Positions 9,566 to 19,279 of a stretch of 64,000 bases of DNA are shown one piece after another (the first letter of the stretch is position 1; every line of letters starts with the position of its first letter). The position numbers and the translations under genes are program-made. The stretch is taken from positions 21,079-85,078 of IMG/VR virus record IMGVR_UViG_3300019703_000001; one strand, given 5' to 3'. Source of the stretch: a virus (taxonomy: Duplodnaviria; Caudoviricetes). The notes below the pieces were generated by a model. That model made no database searches. It was not told the origin of the DNA and was given only the letters and a program-made list of their open reading frames with translations.

Positions 9566-11362
9566 TTATTCCGTTAAGTTTTCAGTTTTTTTCTTTTTAG
9601 GTGTACCGCCCATCCATGCAGGTAGTGTGTCTTTTATGGCTTGACCTATCGCAGTTCCAATATAGCCTCCGACCCCGCCTTCTTTGCTTACTTCTTTTGA
9701 AAGCTTGACAAGTTCTCCCATTCCTTTTGCCAATTCACCGGTAACAGTTCCAAGGGTTTTTATTCCCTCATTTGCGAAGGGCAAGGTCGTTTTTGCCAAA
9801 TTTATCATTGCTACTTCCATATTTTCAGCACTTCTTGCGAAAGAATCGCCATAAGTCATTACCAAATCCTCCCGTCTGATCTGTCTACGACGGGCCATTC
9901 CTGCGGCTGATTTTTTTACCCCTTTTGCCCTTTCGGATATTATTTTACGGCCTACGCCTTCGACGTCTTTAGGCTCTCCCCTGAGCCCTGTCTGCCATAC
10001 GGCCCGTAATTGTTCAACATTCCCCGACCATCCCATTTGATCAGCCACAGCAGAAAACCTTTGAAAGCCCTCTGGAGTTGCTCCGTATGTTTTTTGTACC
10101 TGCTGAATTGTGCGCCGCATCATTGTTGCCGGGTTTGCTTCAAGGGCTTGCTTTTTGAAAAGAGTCAAGGCCCCGGCTCCGCCAATTGTGCGCTGAATAT
10201 CTTCAAATGTCGCACCCGGTCCAAGGTTCAACATTTTTTCCCTTTGCGCCTTACTGATCACACCCTCTTTTTGCAATCGGCTTAAATACCGCTCCCTTCC
10301 GGTTGTCTCGCCTATTCTTTTACCTTCTTTGTCCAAAATATCGACTTTGGATATATCAGTGACCCGCTCCATTAACATCTCTCGGGTTGCTTTTGCTGCA
10401 AACATACCCTCAAGGCTTCCAAGTTTCCCCCGGCCTAATTGAGTTTTGACCCCCTTGAACCCTCTTATTATGTTCATGGCAGCATCTACAGACTTTGTAT
10501 TTGTTGCAAGGGTTAAGCTTGCCACTTCCCGGCCCATGTCGTTTGCAATACTTGATGAATTGACACCGTTTTTAACAGCTTCTTCAAGTTGTCCGGCTAC
10601 TGCCCCCATGAGTGTCGGGAGTTCGGTTTGAATACCCATTCCCGCCGCCTGTTCTACGGTCCGGGTGTAGCCCCTTTCAGCTCCAGCCCTTTTAAACAGC
10701 CCTCTTTGTCCTAGTGCCTGTTCGGGAGAAAGTCCGAAAATAGTAGTATAATCAAGGGTAGGTTTTAAAGCCACCTGTTCTTTTTTTCGCTCTTTTTTAC
10801 TCTTTTTTGAAAGGTCTAAAAATTCCCCGGTTGCCATAGAGAAAGCTTTCATCCCTGCGCCAAGTTCAGCCCCGGTAAACATGCCACGCCCCCCCCTAAA
10901 GCCTCCGACTCCCACAGATTTAAGCTGCTGACCGGCAAGTTCAATATATGCGTTTCCTATCTGATTTACTTTTTGAATGGTAAAACCAAGGGCTGCAATT
11001 CCTGCGCCTATAACGGGAATACTTGCGCCCATGCGACCAAATCCTGCCGCACCTCCAAATAGACGGCTTGCACCTCTCGGAGCTCCACGCCTGAGTGGTC
11101 CGGGTCTAATAGGCCCACCGCCCCCTCCACTCTGTGATCGAATTGCATTCTCAAGTTTTCTATTGGAGACAATAAGCTTATCTATACTTGTGGTAAGAGT
11201 TTTCATTTGACGGACGGATTGCTGCGCAACTGTGCCCCGTTGCTGCCCTGCTTTTCCCGGTCCACGTTGTGCGGCTTTCTGCGCTGCTTTTACGGCTTGT
11301 TGCCGTACCCCTGCGGCCCTTTTACCGGTCTGTTCATATTTTACTTTTATGTTATAATCCAT
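9566..11362 (-). CDS. Tape measure protein
   Basis: Ala/Gly/Lys-rich and predicted helical; follows the tail chaperones and precedes the hub. Confidence 0.8.
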   Translation of the reverse strand: MDYNIKVKYEQTGKRAAGVRQQAVKAAQKAAQRGPGKAGQQRGTVAQQSVRQMKTLTTSIDKLIVSNRKLENAIRSQSGGGGGPIRPGPLRRGAPRGASRLFGGAAGFGRMGASIPVIGAGIAALGFTIQKVNQIGNAYIELAGQQLKSVGVGGFRGGRGMFTGAELGAGMKAFSMATGEFLDLSKKSKKERKKEQVALKPTLDYTTIFGLSPEQALGQRGLFKRAGAERGYTRTVEQAAGMGIQTELPTLMGAVAGQLEEAVKNGVNSSSIANDMGREVASLTLATNTKSVDAAMNIIRGFKGVKTQLGRGKLGSLEGMFAAKATREMLMERVTDISKVDILDKEGKRIGETTGRERYLSRLQKEGVISKAQREKMLNLGPGATFEDIQRTIGGAGALTLFKKQALEANPATMMRRTIQQVQKTYGATPEGFQRFSAVADQMGWSGNVEQLRAVWQTGLRGEPKDVEGVGRKIISERAKGVKKSAAGMARRRQIRREDLVMTYGDSFARSAENMEVAMINLAKTTLPFANEGIKTLGTVTGELAKGMGELVKLSKEVSKEGGVGGYIGTAIGQAIKDTLPAWMGGTPKKKKTENLTE

Positions 11363-11374
11363 AAAAAATTATCC

Positions 11375-11791
11375 TTAAACCGGTCTATTCCCGTTAAGCA
11401 TATTCAAAACATTCTGTCTTTGTTTCATTTGCTCATTTATATCGGGATCTGCTGTTTCCGGTTCTGGCTCTTTTGGCTCATCAGTTTCAATCCCGTATTT
11501 TTTATTTAGCTTTCTGAGTTCTTTTTGTTTTGCTTCTTTTAAGCGTTTTTGTTTAATTTCGTCAATCTCTTTGCCCTGAAGTTTAGCAAGGTCAATGTCA
11601 GATTTTGAAATTTCAATGTCATTTGGACTCATCGAGTTAATTTTTTTAGACTCTACTTCATAGTCAACTTGTACTGACCATTGATCCATATTCGGGATCG
11701 CCCCCATGAGGTAAATCAAAAAGATTTTCTGTTCGCCAAGTAAATCATTTTTATCTACCCCATCGGGCCAAATCCCAAAATGTTTCAGCAT
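11375..11791 (-). CDS. Tail assembly chaperone, downstream (T-like) frame
   Basis: Between chaperone and tape measure. No clear SD; its frame is open upstream to the A9 run at 11842-11850. Confidence 0.65.
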   Translation of the reverse strand: MLKHFGIWPDGVDKNDLLGEQKIFLIYLMGAIPNMDQWSVQVDYEVESKKINSMSPNDIEISKSDIDLAKLQGKEIDEIKQKRLKEAKQKELRKLNKKYGIETDEPKEPEPETADPDINEQMKQRQNVLNMLNGNRPV

Positions 11792-11810
11792 GAAGCCGTC
11801 AACAAAATAT

Positions 11811-12173
11811 TTACTGTCCGTTGCTTCCTGTACTAAGTCTATTTTTTTTTAACCGGCTTTTCATGTCGGTTGCAAATTTGTAAATTTCTTTTGAGAGCTC
11901 AAAGATTAAGTCCTCATCGTCCCAATCTTCACAGCTCGATTGTGGAAACCCTTCGGGCCATTTTAAATTGTCTGAGCAGATGTCAACTGTTGCAATGGCA
12001 TTATACAGATCAAAATCTGATTGAGTCAAGGCATCGATTGATATACCTCCCTGTAACTGAGCCCTCCTGTTTGAAATTAATATTTGTCTTTTAGGGGATA
12101 TAAAATCAATTACGAATTTAAGTCCCTGCACTATTACAGTCTTTTGCCTCTCTTCTGGAGTTAGTAGATTCAT
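11811..12173 (-). CDS. Tail assembly chaperone (G-like)
   Basis: Position after the tube gene; ends with TTA AAA AAA AAT followed by a short tail. Confidence 0.7.
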   Translation of the reverse strand: MNLLTPEERQKTVIVQGLKFVIDFISPKRQILISNRRAQLQGGISIDALTQSDFDLYNAIATVDICSDNLKWPEGFPQSSCEDWDDEDLIFELSKEIYKFATDMKSRLKKNRLSTGSNGQ

Positions 12174-12439
12174 TTTGTCTTTAGTTCCTTTTTTTGTGTT
12201 ATAGTTTTAATATCAATCGGTCCATTCAAAACACATACTTCAATGTTTTTGTTTTCAAAAAAAGATTGAAATATAGTTGAAAAATCTTCTGAAAAATCTT
12301 CTAATTGTCCAACAGTATAAACCTCTTGACTTGATAAAGAAAAAATTAACAATGTTTTATTTTCTTTATCAATTTTAATCTCATAAAGTCTTGTCTTAAT
12401 TTTAAAAATAAAAAATAGTAATGATTTAATTAATTTCAT
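12170..12439 (-). CDS. Hypothetical protein
   Basis: ORF with AAGGAGG upstream, coupled to the next gene. Confidence 0.55.
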   Translation of the reverse strand: MKLIKSLLFFIFKIKTRLYEIKIDKENKTLLIFSLSSQEVYTVGQLEDFSEDFSTIFQSFFENKNIEVCVLNGPIDIKTITQKKELKTK

Positions 12440-12466
12440 GGTGTTTGCACCTTCCTTAATATTTAT

Positions 12467-12925
12467 CTAACTTGTTGCAAGGCCGGGAACGACCATCCGG
12501 GCTCTCCAACGCGTCTGCCTGTTGTTAATTGCACCCTGCGCAATGGTCAAGTCTCCGCCGCCGTATTGAGCACCCATAACGGTCAGCAACACAGTTAACG
12601 TGTGTACGTCTAAAATTGTAAATGTATACCGACCTGCATTATTTATATTGATAGTCCCGTCCGGCTGCCAACCGGGGAGGGACAAATTACCTGCGACATT
12701 TGCACCTCGAAGTAGAAATGTACCCATTGTCATATTAGCATCATATCCCAGAGAAAGGATTTCCCTAAAACCGTAATATCCTAAAGTCTGGATACCTTCA
12801 AGCATATAGTCCTCTGAAATAGAGAGGTCTGTGGTATATGCAAGAATTGTGTTATCCTGCATCAAAAAACTATCTATGCCCGATCCTATCGGGCCTTGTG
12901 GTTCACCGCCTGTCCTAAAAGCCAT
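12467..12925 (-). CDS. Tail tube protein
   Basis: 152 aa directly after the sheath; predicted beta-rich (EGIQTLG...EILSLGYDANMTM). Confidence 0.85.
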   Translation of the reverse strand: MAFRTGGEPQGPIGSGIDSFLMQDNTILAYTTDLSISEDYMLEGIQTLGYYGFREILSLGYDANMTMGTFLLRGANVAGNLSLPGWQPDGTININNAGRYTFTILDVHTLTVLLTVMGAQYGGGDLTIAQGAINNRQTRWRARMVVPGLATS

Positions 12926-12938
12926 TTTTTAGACCTCC

Positions 12939-14699
12939 TTATATATTTTGTCCCGGTGTTATAAAAGTCAAGAAATTAAACACAAATCTCGGAGTGGTTG
13001 ACATTGTCAGTGTGGCTGTAACAGTAAAAACCTCTCCCTTTTGTGTAAACGAAACATTATCGAATGCTTTTTGACCATCTGGTCCATCAGTGATCCATCC
13101 AAAATCATCTCTATACCTCGGAAAAAGTATAGTAGTTATCCAGTTTTGAATGGTTGATATTATTACACTGTTAGCGACTGTGTCAAGCTGCCTGATCTGC
13201 TGTTCAACTTGCTCCTCAAAGTCTTTTGTAAGTACGTTTATTTCATAGACAACCGCCGGATTTGTCCGTGTTGGCTGACTGCCTTGAAATGTAGTGTTAT
13301 TAGACTGGATTTGAAAGTTTGAAATATTGCTTGAGTTAACTTTTTTAAGCAGATAAGTTCCCCCGGCAATACTATAATCGTCTCGGTCTTGTCTATCCAA
13401 GACATCGATTTTAGACACATTCAAATATTTAAAAAGCAGATCCATTCCAACATTATTTGAATACCTGAACCCTGCAATAAGAGCATAAAGATAATAAGGT
13501 TCAAAATATTTACTTTCTACCTTATTGACATAATCCCGTCTCTCAAATCCCGTAACACAGTATTCAAAATAAGCAGAATTTAAGGCTTTGATCTCTGCAA
13601 GTCTTGCGGCCTTTGTAGTTGTTGCGCTTCCCGCACCTGCTCCGGCCTGCCTGTATTGCTTAACCTGTAAGTCGTTCATGCGCCTTAAATGATCCTCAAC
13701 TAGTAGTTGAATTGTTGAAGATCCTGACATGACAACTATATCATTGAGGTTGAAATCCTCTAATTTTTTAAGCGCATCAGTCCAGTCTTGAGTTGTTGCG
13801 GCTGCGACACTTCCGCCTGTAAAAAACTGATAATCTGTAAGGTTATCCGGGATAAGTCGGGCTGATCCGGTGTGCAATGTGGCAGTTAAATCAGGAATAC
13901 TATTGATTTGTCTGATTATAGCCTCTACAATCGCTAACGCTTCATATGCGCTTGTTTTTATATCCTGTGCGGTTACGGCATCAAAAATAGTTGTAAATTC
14001 GTCACTTTTGCCGGTTAGTGTACAGGTGTATGTGGGTTGGGTGTTTATAAAATTTATTAGACTGCCAAGATCAGAAAAGTCAGCAAGTGTTAATGCTAAA
14101 TCCTCCCCGGTCGTTCCTGTGACTGTTGTTGACAGGGTTGTGGCATCAATTGTCATCGTTGCCGCCGATCCTGCCCCGGTGTATTGTATTTCAAATAGTG
14201 ACAGGTTGACATCGTCTTTGTCAAGGATTGAGGCCCCTCTGTATATAATATCAAGTTTTCGGCCCACATTAGTTCCGGAACTTATTTTTATACCTGTGGT
14301 ATTCCCGTCAACACCCCAAATATTGTTTTTTATATCTATAATAGAAGTTGTAGAGTTTTTTAACTCTGTTTTAGCCTGTTCCATTTGGTTAACAATAAGA
14401 ACACGGGCTACACTGGGAGTCCCAAAGTCCTCTTTTGTTGGAGTTAAATAAAACTCGGTTCCATAATAAGCATCGCCTCCGCCCAAAATACTTAAAGCCT
14501 GATTTTGATCGTTAAAAATATTTATGCAATCATTTACGTCTTCAAAGGCATCAAAAGGGACACCGCCCCTTGCCGCCTCTCCCATAATGACAGCAATACC
14601 CGTGACCGCCCCTGCTCCCTGATCAGAGGGAAAGAGTCTTTTTGTGTATACTCCGGGCTCTGCTATTCTGCGCCCAGCAAAATCATATATAACAGCCAT
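12939..14699 (-). CDS. Tail sheath protein
   Basis: RRIAEPGVY N-terminus, VIMGEAARG, FTGGS...DW..AL..LE, and sheath-like C-terminal domain. Confidence 0.92.
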   Translation of the reverse strand: MAVIYDFAGRRIAEPGVYTKRLFPSDQGAGAVTGIAVIMGEAARGGVPFDAFEDVNDCINIFNDQNQALSILGGGDAYYGTEFYLTPTKEDFGTPSVARVLIVNQMEQAKTELKNSTTSIIDIKNNIWGVDGNTTGIKISSGTNVGRKLDIIYRGASILDKDDVNLSLFEIQYTGAGSAATMTIDATTLSTTVTGTTGEDLALTLADFSDLGSLINFINTQPTYTCTLTGKSDEFTTIFDAVTAQDIKTSAYEALAIVEAIIRQINSIPDLTATLHTGSARLIPDNLTDYQFFTGGSVAAATTQDWTDALKKLEDFNLNDIVVMSGSSTIQLLVEDHLRRMNDLQVKQYRQAGAGAGSATTTKAARLAEIKALNSAYFEYCVTGFERRDYVNKVESKYFEPYYLYALIAGFRYSNNVGMDLLFKYLNVSKIDVLDRQDRDDYSIAGGTYLLKKVNSSNISNFQIQSNNTTFQGSQPTRTNPAVVYEINVLTKDFEEQVEQQIRQLDTVANSVIISTIQNWITTILFPRYRDDFGWITDGPDGQKAFDNVSFTQKGEVFTVTATLTMSTTPRFVFNFLTFITPGQNI

Positions 14700-14702
14700 T
14701 TT

Positions 14703-15020
14703 TTATGCCTCCGTTTTTATTTTTGAATTTGGTTTATTTTCTTTGAGCTTTTCTTTTATCATTTTGTTTTCTTTTGGGTTTTCTTCCTTTATAATGGTTT
14801 TTTTAGGGGCATCCTGCCTATCCTTTTCGGTTTCACCAAAAAAATTGCTGATAATCCCGTCCCACTCTTCTTTTGACTTTTGGTCATTATTCATTTTCTT
14901 GTTATCGCCCTGACAGTACCAATTGATTATAATGCTGTCAAGATTTTTAGCTGGTGAATGGTTGGCTAAATATAATTTAATGTTCATTGTCGTCTCCCGG
15001 TGTTCTAAAGGTAAAATCAT
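14703..15020 (-). CDS. Small hypothetical protein (true start may be near 14894)
   Basis: KSKEEWDGIISNFF segment followed by a Lys/Glu-rich tail; lies just before the sheath. Confidence 0.45.
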   Translation of the reverse strand: MILPLEHRETTMNIKLYLANHSPAKNLDSIIINWYCQGDNKKMNNDQKSKEEWDGIISNFFGETEKDRQDAPKKTIIKEENPKENKMIKEKLKENKPNSKIKTEA

Positions 15021-15750
15021 GTTCTACGTCTGTTACTCTCGGATCTAATTTGACTACATAATTAACAAATGTATTTAAAAAGGTCAAGGAGAATTCTGTG
15101 CCGTGCAGAGTTCTTCCAAATCTTATATTATTCAGTCCTCTGTGGACCTTAATGGACATTTTTTTTATTGCTGAATTGTCTCCTGGATCTCCGATCTGTA
15201 TTTCGGTTAAAACAGAGTCAATCAAAATTGTCAACAGATTTGTTATATCTGCGCTTTCTGCCCATACTGAAATATTTATTTCTTCATCTCTGTGATATTC
15301 TTTTGTCTCAAGGAGCATGCCCTTTTCAGGGGCTCGCTTGTATGCCGATAAAATCAACTCTATTTGTTTTTTTGTAATTAACCCCTGTTGCTGTATTTCT
15401 TTATCTGACAAATCTAAAAGGGCCTTGAGTTCGTTTATATATTCATCCTCAATTATTTCAGTTTTGGGGCTTTTTGAAAAGGTAAAGCCGTCAGGGGGCA
15501 TATTGCCGGGAAGTACCGCAATGCTCGGCAAAACTCCGGATTCACGATCGGAAGCACTTCGGGTCTGATTATTAACTACTTTTTGAGTCAAGACAACTAA
15601 AGGATGTTCTTTTAAAACAGGAACAATTTCAACTCGACCATGTGTTAAATTTGGCAGATCCCTGATAATCATTTCATCTTTGATTTTTTGAATAAAAAAT
15701 TCAATCGATTGAATCGCATAATCAGAGTATTTTGTTATTATCTCAGCCAT
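14977..15750 (-). CDS. Putative tail terminator/completion protein
   Basis: Between neck and sheath genes; PSIAVL and INISVWAES motifs. Confidence 0.6.
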   Translation of the reverse strand: MAEIITKYSDYAIQSIEFFIQKIKDEMIIRDLPNLTHGRVEIVPVLKEHPLVVLTQKVVNNQTRSASDRESGVLPSIAVLPGNMPPDGFTFSKSPKTEIIEDEYINELKALLDLSDKEIQQQGLITKKQIELILSAYKRAPEKGMLLETKEYHRDEEINISVWAESADITNLLTILIDSVLTEIQIGDPGDNSAIKKMSIKVHRGLNNIRFGRTLHGTEFSLTFLNTFVNYVVKLDPRVTDVEHDFTFRTPGDDNEH

Positions 15751-16916
15751 TAGTTTATCAAGTCCGTAATATTTTTTTTGTCTGTCTTTGTCCAGCTTTT
15801 CGCAAGTACCGTTTTAGGGTATGCCTTGTTTTCAAGATTATTTGGTTCGGGGTTATCCTCAAAAATAATATATGAAGGCTTATACCCGTACCTGATTGAT
15901 ATTGTTGTGTCTAAGTTGGGCTTATTGTCTGAGATCCATTTAATATTTCGGTCCTGTAAGATATAGTCAACCCCTATGTTGTATACTGTCCCATCTGATC
16001 CCAAAATTACATCATTTAATTCAAAAATTTCAATTTCAAATAACCGGTCCAAATCCCCTCTATGTGTTAAAGATTCGTTTCTCCAGAGAGTGGACCCGGT
16101 TAAAATTATAATATCCCCTATCGTGACATCCCAAAAGGGGTAAAGAGACATTTTTACTTGACCGGATTGAAGAGCATGTGTCCAGTCCTCTGAGTCGTTT
16201 TTATTGGCAATATCCCCCGCTATTATTTGTGTCAAATCTGCGTAATAATATTCAGCGTACATTTTATCAGGTTCTATTGTTTCGCTTGTCTGTATTGTAC
16301 GTCCGTCAAATGTATAATTAGTGATTTCCTGTTCGGTGTCTATATTCCAAATTTTTACTACTCGGGTAATATCAGCATAAGCGTTTAGAGGGTTACTGCT
16401 TTGATAACCTGCGTCAAAAACATTTTGATTTGTGTACATCAGGCCGTTGTCTGCGTCAACTGTCAATTTATCTGATTCAACATATGTCCAACCATCAAAA
16501 TAATATGTAACTCGTTTTTTAAATATATCGCTCACTTCTTCTGTCAGGATTATTTCAGTATCAGTAAACGAGTCAACTTCAATGTCACGGATTCCACACT
16601 GGCTCTCAGCCCCTACGACCTGAACTTTTTCAACTCCAAGGATCGGAGTTCTGAAAGGATAAATCTTATCCCCGCAAGAGGGGCTATTTTCATCAGTTAC
16701 CAAAAAACGCCGTTGTGGTCGATAGACATAGCCGTCTCCTTTGCATATTTTACAAAAATAATCAACAGATCCCGAATTGTCCGCCGCACAAGGACAAATC
16801 ATAGCTTGTTTTATTTTTGACAGAACGCCGTGGTTTGTAATCAGCTTAATAAAAGATTCAGGATTCCCAAAAACTGTAACCGCCGCCTGTTGTCCTATGT
16901 TAGCATTCTGGCCCAT
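15750..16916 (-). CDS. Neck / head-closure protein
   Basis: CPC....S.....CKIC.GDG Zn motif, DVTIGDIIIL, and C-terminal ISIRY...PSYII, as in large-myophage neck proteins. Confidence 0.7.
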   Translation of the reverse strand: MGQNANIGQQAAVTVFGNPESFIKLITNHGVLSKIKQAMICPCAADNSGSVDYFCKICKGDGYVYRPQRRFLVTDENSPSCGDKIYPFRTPILGVEKVQVVGAESQCGIRDIEVDSFTDTEIILTEEVSDIFKKRVTYYFDGWTYVESDKLTVDADNGLMYTNQNVFDAGYQSSNPLNAYADITRVVKIWNIDTEQEITNYTFDGRTIQTSETIEPDKMYAEYYYADLTQIIAGDIANKNDSEDWTHALQSGQVKMSLYPFWDVTIGDIIILTGSTLWRNESLTHRGDLDRLFEIEIFELNDVILGSDGTVYNIGVDYILQDRNIKWISDNKPNLDTTISIRYGYKPSYIIFEDNPEPNNLENKAYPKTVLAKSWTKTDKKNITDLIN

Positions 16917-17281
16917 TACTCAACGATCCTTACGCCGGTTATATCGGTTTTTGTTGTTATATCATTTATGCCCTTTAAAAAATCGTTAGGGTTAATATTA
17001 GCCTTTGTTTCTCTTTGGATACGGTTTAAAAATTCTCTGGTCTGAGTTTTTTGATTTTCGATTAATTTCTGTCTGTGGTCGATTAAATTTTCAGGAATAA
17101 ATGTCTCTTTATTTTTTTGAGTCTCTGTGACGATAAACTTAACAAGGTCTTGATAACTCGGGACTTGTTTTCCATTTACAAAAAAACAGGTTTGAGGCTG
17201 ACCGTTTTTCATTTCTTCTATTGATTCAGCGGTTTCGATCCGGATTTTATTTTTTCCCTGAGAAAATTCTTGTTTTATCAT
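16916..17281 (-). CDS. Hypothetical protein
   Basis: Coupled ORF within the neck cluster. Confidence 0.6.
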   Translation of the reverse strand: MIKQEFSQGKNKIRIETAESIEEMKNGQPQTCFFVNGKQVPSYQDLVKFIVTETQKNKETFIPENLIDHRQKLIENQKTQTREFLNRIQRETKANINPNDFLKGINDITTKTDITGVRIVE

Positions 17282-18222
17282 CCCAACCGCCCGATTAGAG
17301 TTCTGCTGTATTTTTGAGTATTTACGTCAAACCACTCTTTAATCTCTTTTCTGTATTGCATTATCCTTGCGCCGAATGTGGCACTTGTTGCGGACAATGT
17401 TGTATTGATAGACTCAGAGACGTTGTTCAAGTTAACTGACCGGCTGGCAATTGCGGCAAGTTTTCCGTCGCCGTAAATATTCATCAGGGTTACTGCTGCC
17501 AATTTTTTAACAATATTTCGGAACTCATCAGGGACAGTTTGACAATTTTCATAGCCTGTTTCGTAATCAATTCTAATTATATCTCTTAAATTTTTAAAAT
17601 AAGGCATTACCAAAAAATTGTTCCATATATATAAAAACCGACTGCTTCCGGTTGTTGAGTGTCTCGGTCTAAAATTACACACAGAAGAAAATCCTTTTCG
17701 TTCCATTCTGTACGGCATTAAATCAATGATTGTAGAGCCTCGGTATGGGTCAACAAAGTTTACATTTAATACATTTCTCAGAGGCCGCCTGCGTAACTTT
17801 ATACGCATTTCCTGACGGGCTTGTGTAAGTAAATAAGGATAGCCCTCTTCACGGATATATAAATCACCTTTTTGTTTTACGGTCATTTGAGATGTGTAGG
17901 CTGCGTCTTCATTAGCTATATCAAGTCTGGGGATCTCATTTCCATCCTCTCCAATAGGATCCTGAAAGCGTATTCGTCGGGGTAAAATATCAATATTAAG
18001 TCTTTCTTCCAAATATGCAATTGCAACTCTTGCATAATCTAAAAGCTGATCGTCTGTAATTACCTGACTATCAGATTCGGCGATCAAAGCGTTTCCGAAC
18101 ATTTCGTCAAACCGCAATTCGTCGTAAGATACCAAAAGCCCCCATCTGGGGGCATGGTAATCACTTGTAGTGTCGGGGTTGTTAAAAGCAAATCCGACTC
18201 TTGTTTCTTGACAAATACTCAT
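17278..18222 (-). CDS. Head-tail adaptor/connector protein
   Basis: IDYETGY....VPDEF..IVKKLAA and SRSVNLNNVSES motifs typical of gp6/gp15-like adaptors. Confidence 0.75.
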   Translation of the reverse strand: MSICQETRVGFAFNNPDTTSDYHAPRWGLLVSYDELRFDEMFGNALIAESDSQVITDDQLLDYARVAIAYLEERLNIDILPRRIRFQDPIGEDGNEIPRLDIANEDAAYTSQMTVKQKGDLYIREEGYPYLLTQARQEMRIKLRRRPLRNVLNVNFVDPYRGSTIIDLMPYRMERKGFSSVCNFRPRHSTTGSSRFLYIWNNFLVMPYFKNLRDIIRIDYETGYENCQTVPDEFRNIVKKLAAVTLMNIYGDGKLAAIASRSVNLNNVSESINTTLSATSATFGARIMQYRKEIKEWFDVNTQKYSRTLIGRLG

Positions 18223-18228
18223 GTGGTT

Positions 18229-18648
18229 TTATACCTTGTATTCGATTAGGATAATCCCTCGATCATCTGCGCCGTTTGAAATAACCTGTAATCCGTCTAC
18301 GCCTACAGTCGTTACAGCATCGTCAATCGTACCGGCATAAACTACAACCTTGTCAACTGCGCAAATCATTGCATCAGTTATCGCGACCGGTGTTGTTGCA
18401 TTCGTTCTGAGTTGCAATGTTCCGCTTGCATTTGCAGCGGTACAAATTACTCTTGCGCCGATTATTCGTGCATTCAGCGGAACGCCTGTAATTTCCAGAG
18501 CTCCGGTTGCGTCCGCCGTGACAGCGAATTCTTTTGTATATGTTATTTCTGCAACCTTTTCAGGGGGCAGATTCTCCTGGAACCATTGCAAGACCTGTAA
18601 ACCGGGGTTGCCAAAACTTGTGTCAAAAGGGCCTTTTGGTTTAGCCAT
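18229..18648 (-). CDS. Putative virion structural (decoration) protein
   Basis: Beta-rich Ala/Thr/Val/Gly composition; downstream of the capsid gene. Confidence 0.5.
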   Translation of the reverse strand: MAKPKGPFDTSFGNPGLQVLQWFQENLPPEKVAEITYTKEFAVTADATGALEITGVPLNARIIGARVICTAANASGTLQLRTNATTPVAITDAMICAVDKVVVYAGTIDDAVTTVGVDGLQVISNGADDRGIILIEYKV

Positions 18649-18958
18649 TGTTTTCCTCCATTATTTGAGTTGAAACCTGACTTTCAATTTCTTTTATTTT
18701 CAGGATAAGATCAAGAGAAGCAAAAGGCAATTGCCTTGTGCTATCTCTTAAATTAATTTCCTGTAAAAGGAATTTAATTTCATCCTGTGAAAATTCAATC
18801 TTAATCAAATCAGGATTATTTATAGACACAACATCACTTTCTGATAGTTGTGTCTTGATTAAAATACTCCGCACAAGCATCAGTTCTGAAAGCGATGCCT
18901 GCGCAGGTAGTAACTGAGCAAATTGTGCCTTTTCCTGTTGCGTTAATTCCAAAATCAT
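18641..18958 (-). CDS. Hypothetical protein
   Basis: Coupled ORF in the head cluster. Confidence 0.6.
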   Translation of the reverse strand: MILELTQQEKAQFAQLLPAQASLSELMLVRSILIKTQLSESDVVSINNPDLIKIEFSQDEIKFLLQEINLRDSTRQLPFASLDLILKIKEIESQVSTQIMEENNG

Positions 18959-19266
18959 ATCAGCACTCCGGGAACTTCAAACCCTTTCGCAATCTCTACG
19001 TTTCCGGTTATAGTCAAGCCCTTTTCACATTTCATGGGTGAATGCTCTTGACTGAAACCGGTCAAACCGCTGATCATTGCCCTTCCTGTTCCGTCTGTCA
19101 ATGTGACTGTTTCTCCGGAAGGAACCACAATCAATTCAAGCATAAAAAAACCGCTTTCTACTTTAATCGATTGATCGGTCCCGCTAAAGATAACCTGATT
19201 AACATGCCGCCTGACATCCGGATTTATTTCAAAAGGGGATTGATTTTCTGCTCTATATACTGCCAT
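18955..19266 (-). CDS. Hypothetical (possible minor structural) protein
   Basis: ORF immediately after the major capsid gene. Confidence 0.6.
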   Translation of the reverse strand: MAVYRAENQSPFEINPDVRRHVNQVIFSGTDQSIKVESGFFMLELIVVPSGETVTLTDGTGRAMISGLTGFSQEHSPMKCEKGLTITGNVEIAKGFEVPGVLI

Positions 19267-19279
19267 GATTTTTTATACC

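Noticed and set aside
13870-14451. 193-aa plus-strand ORF
   Set aside because: Fully antisense to the sheath gene with no RBS. The same applies to most short overlapping ORFs in the track.
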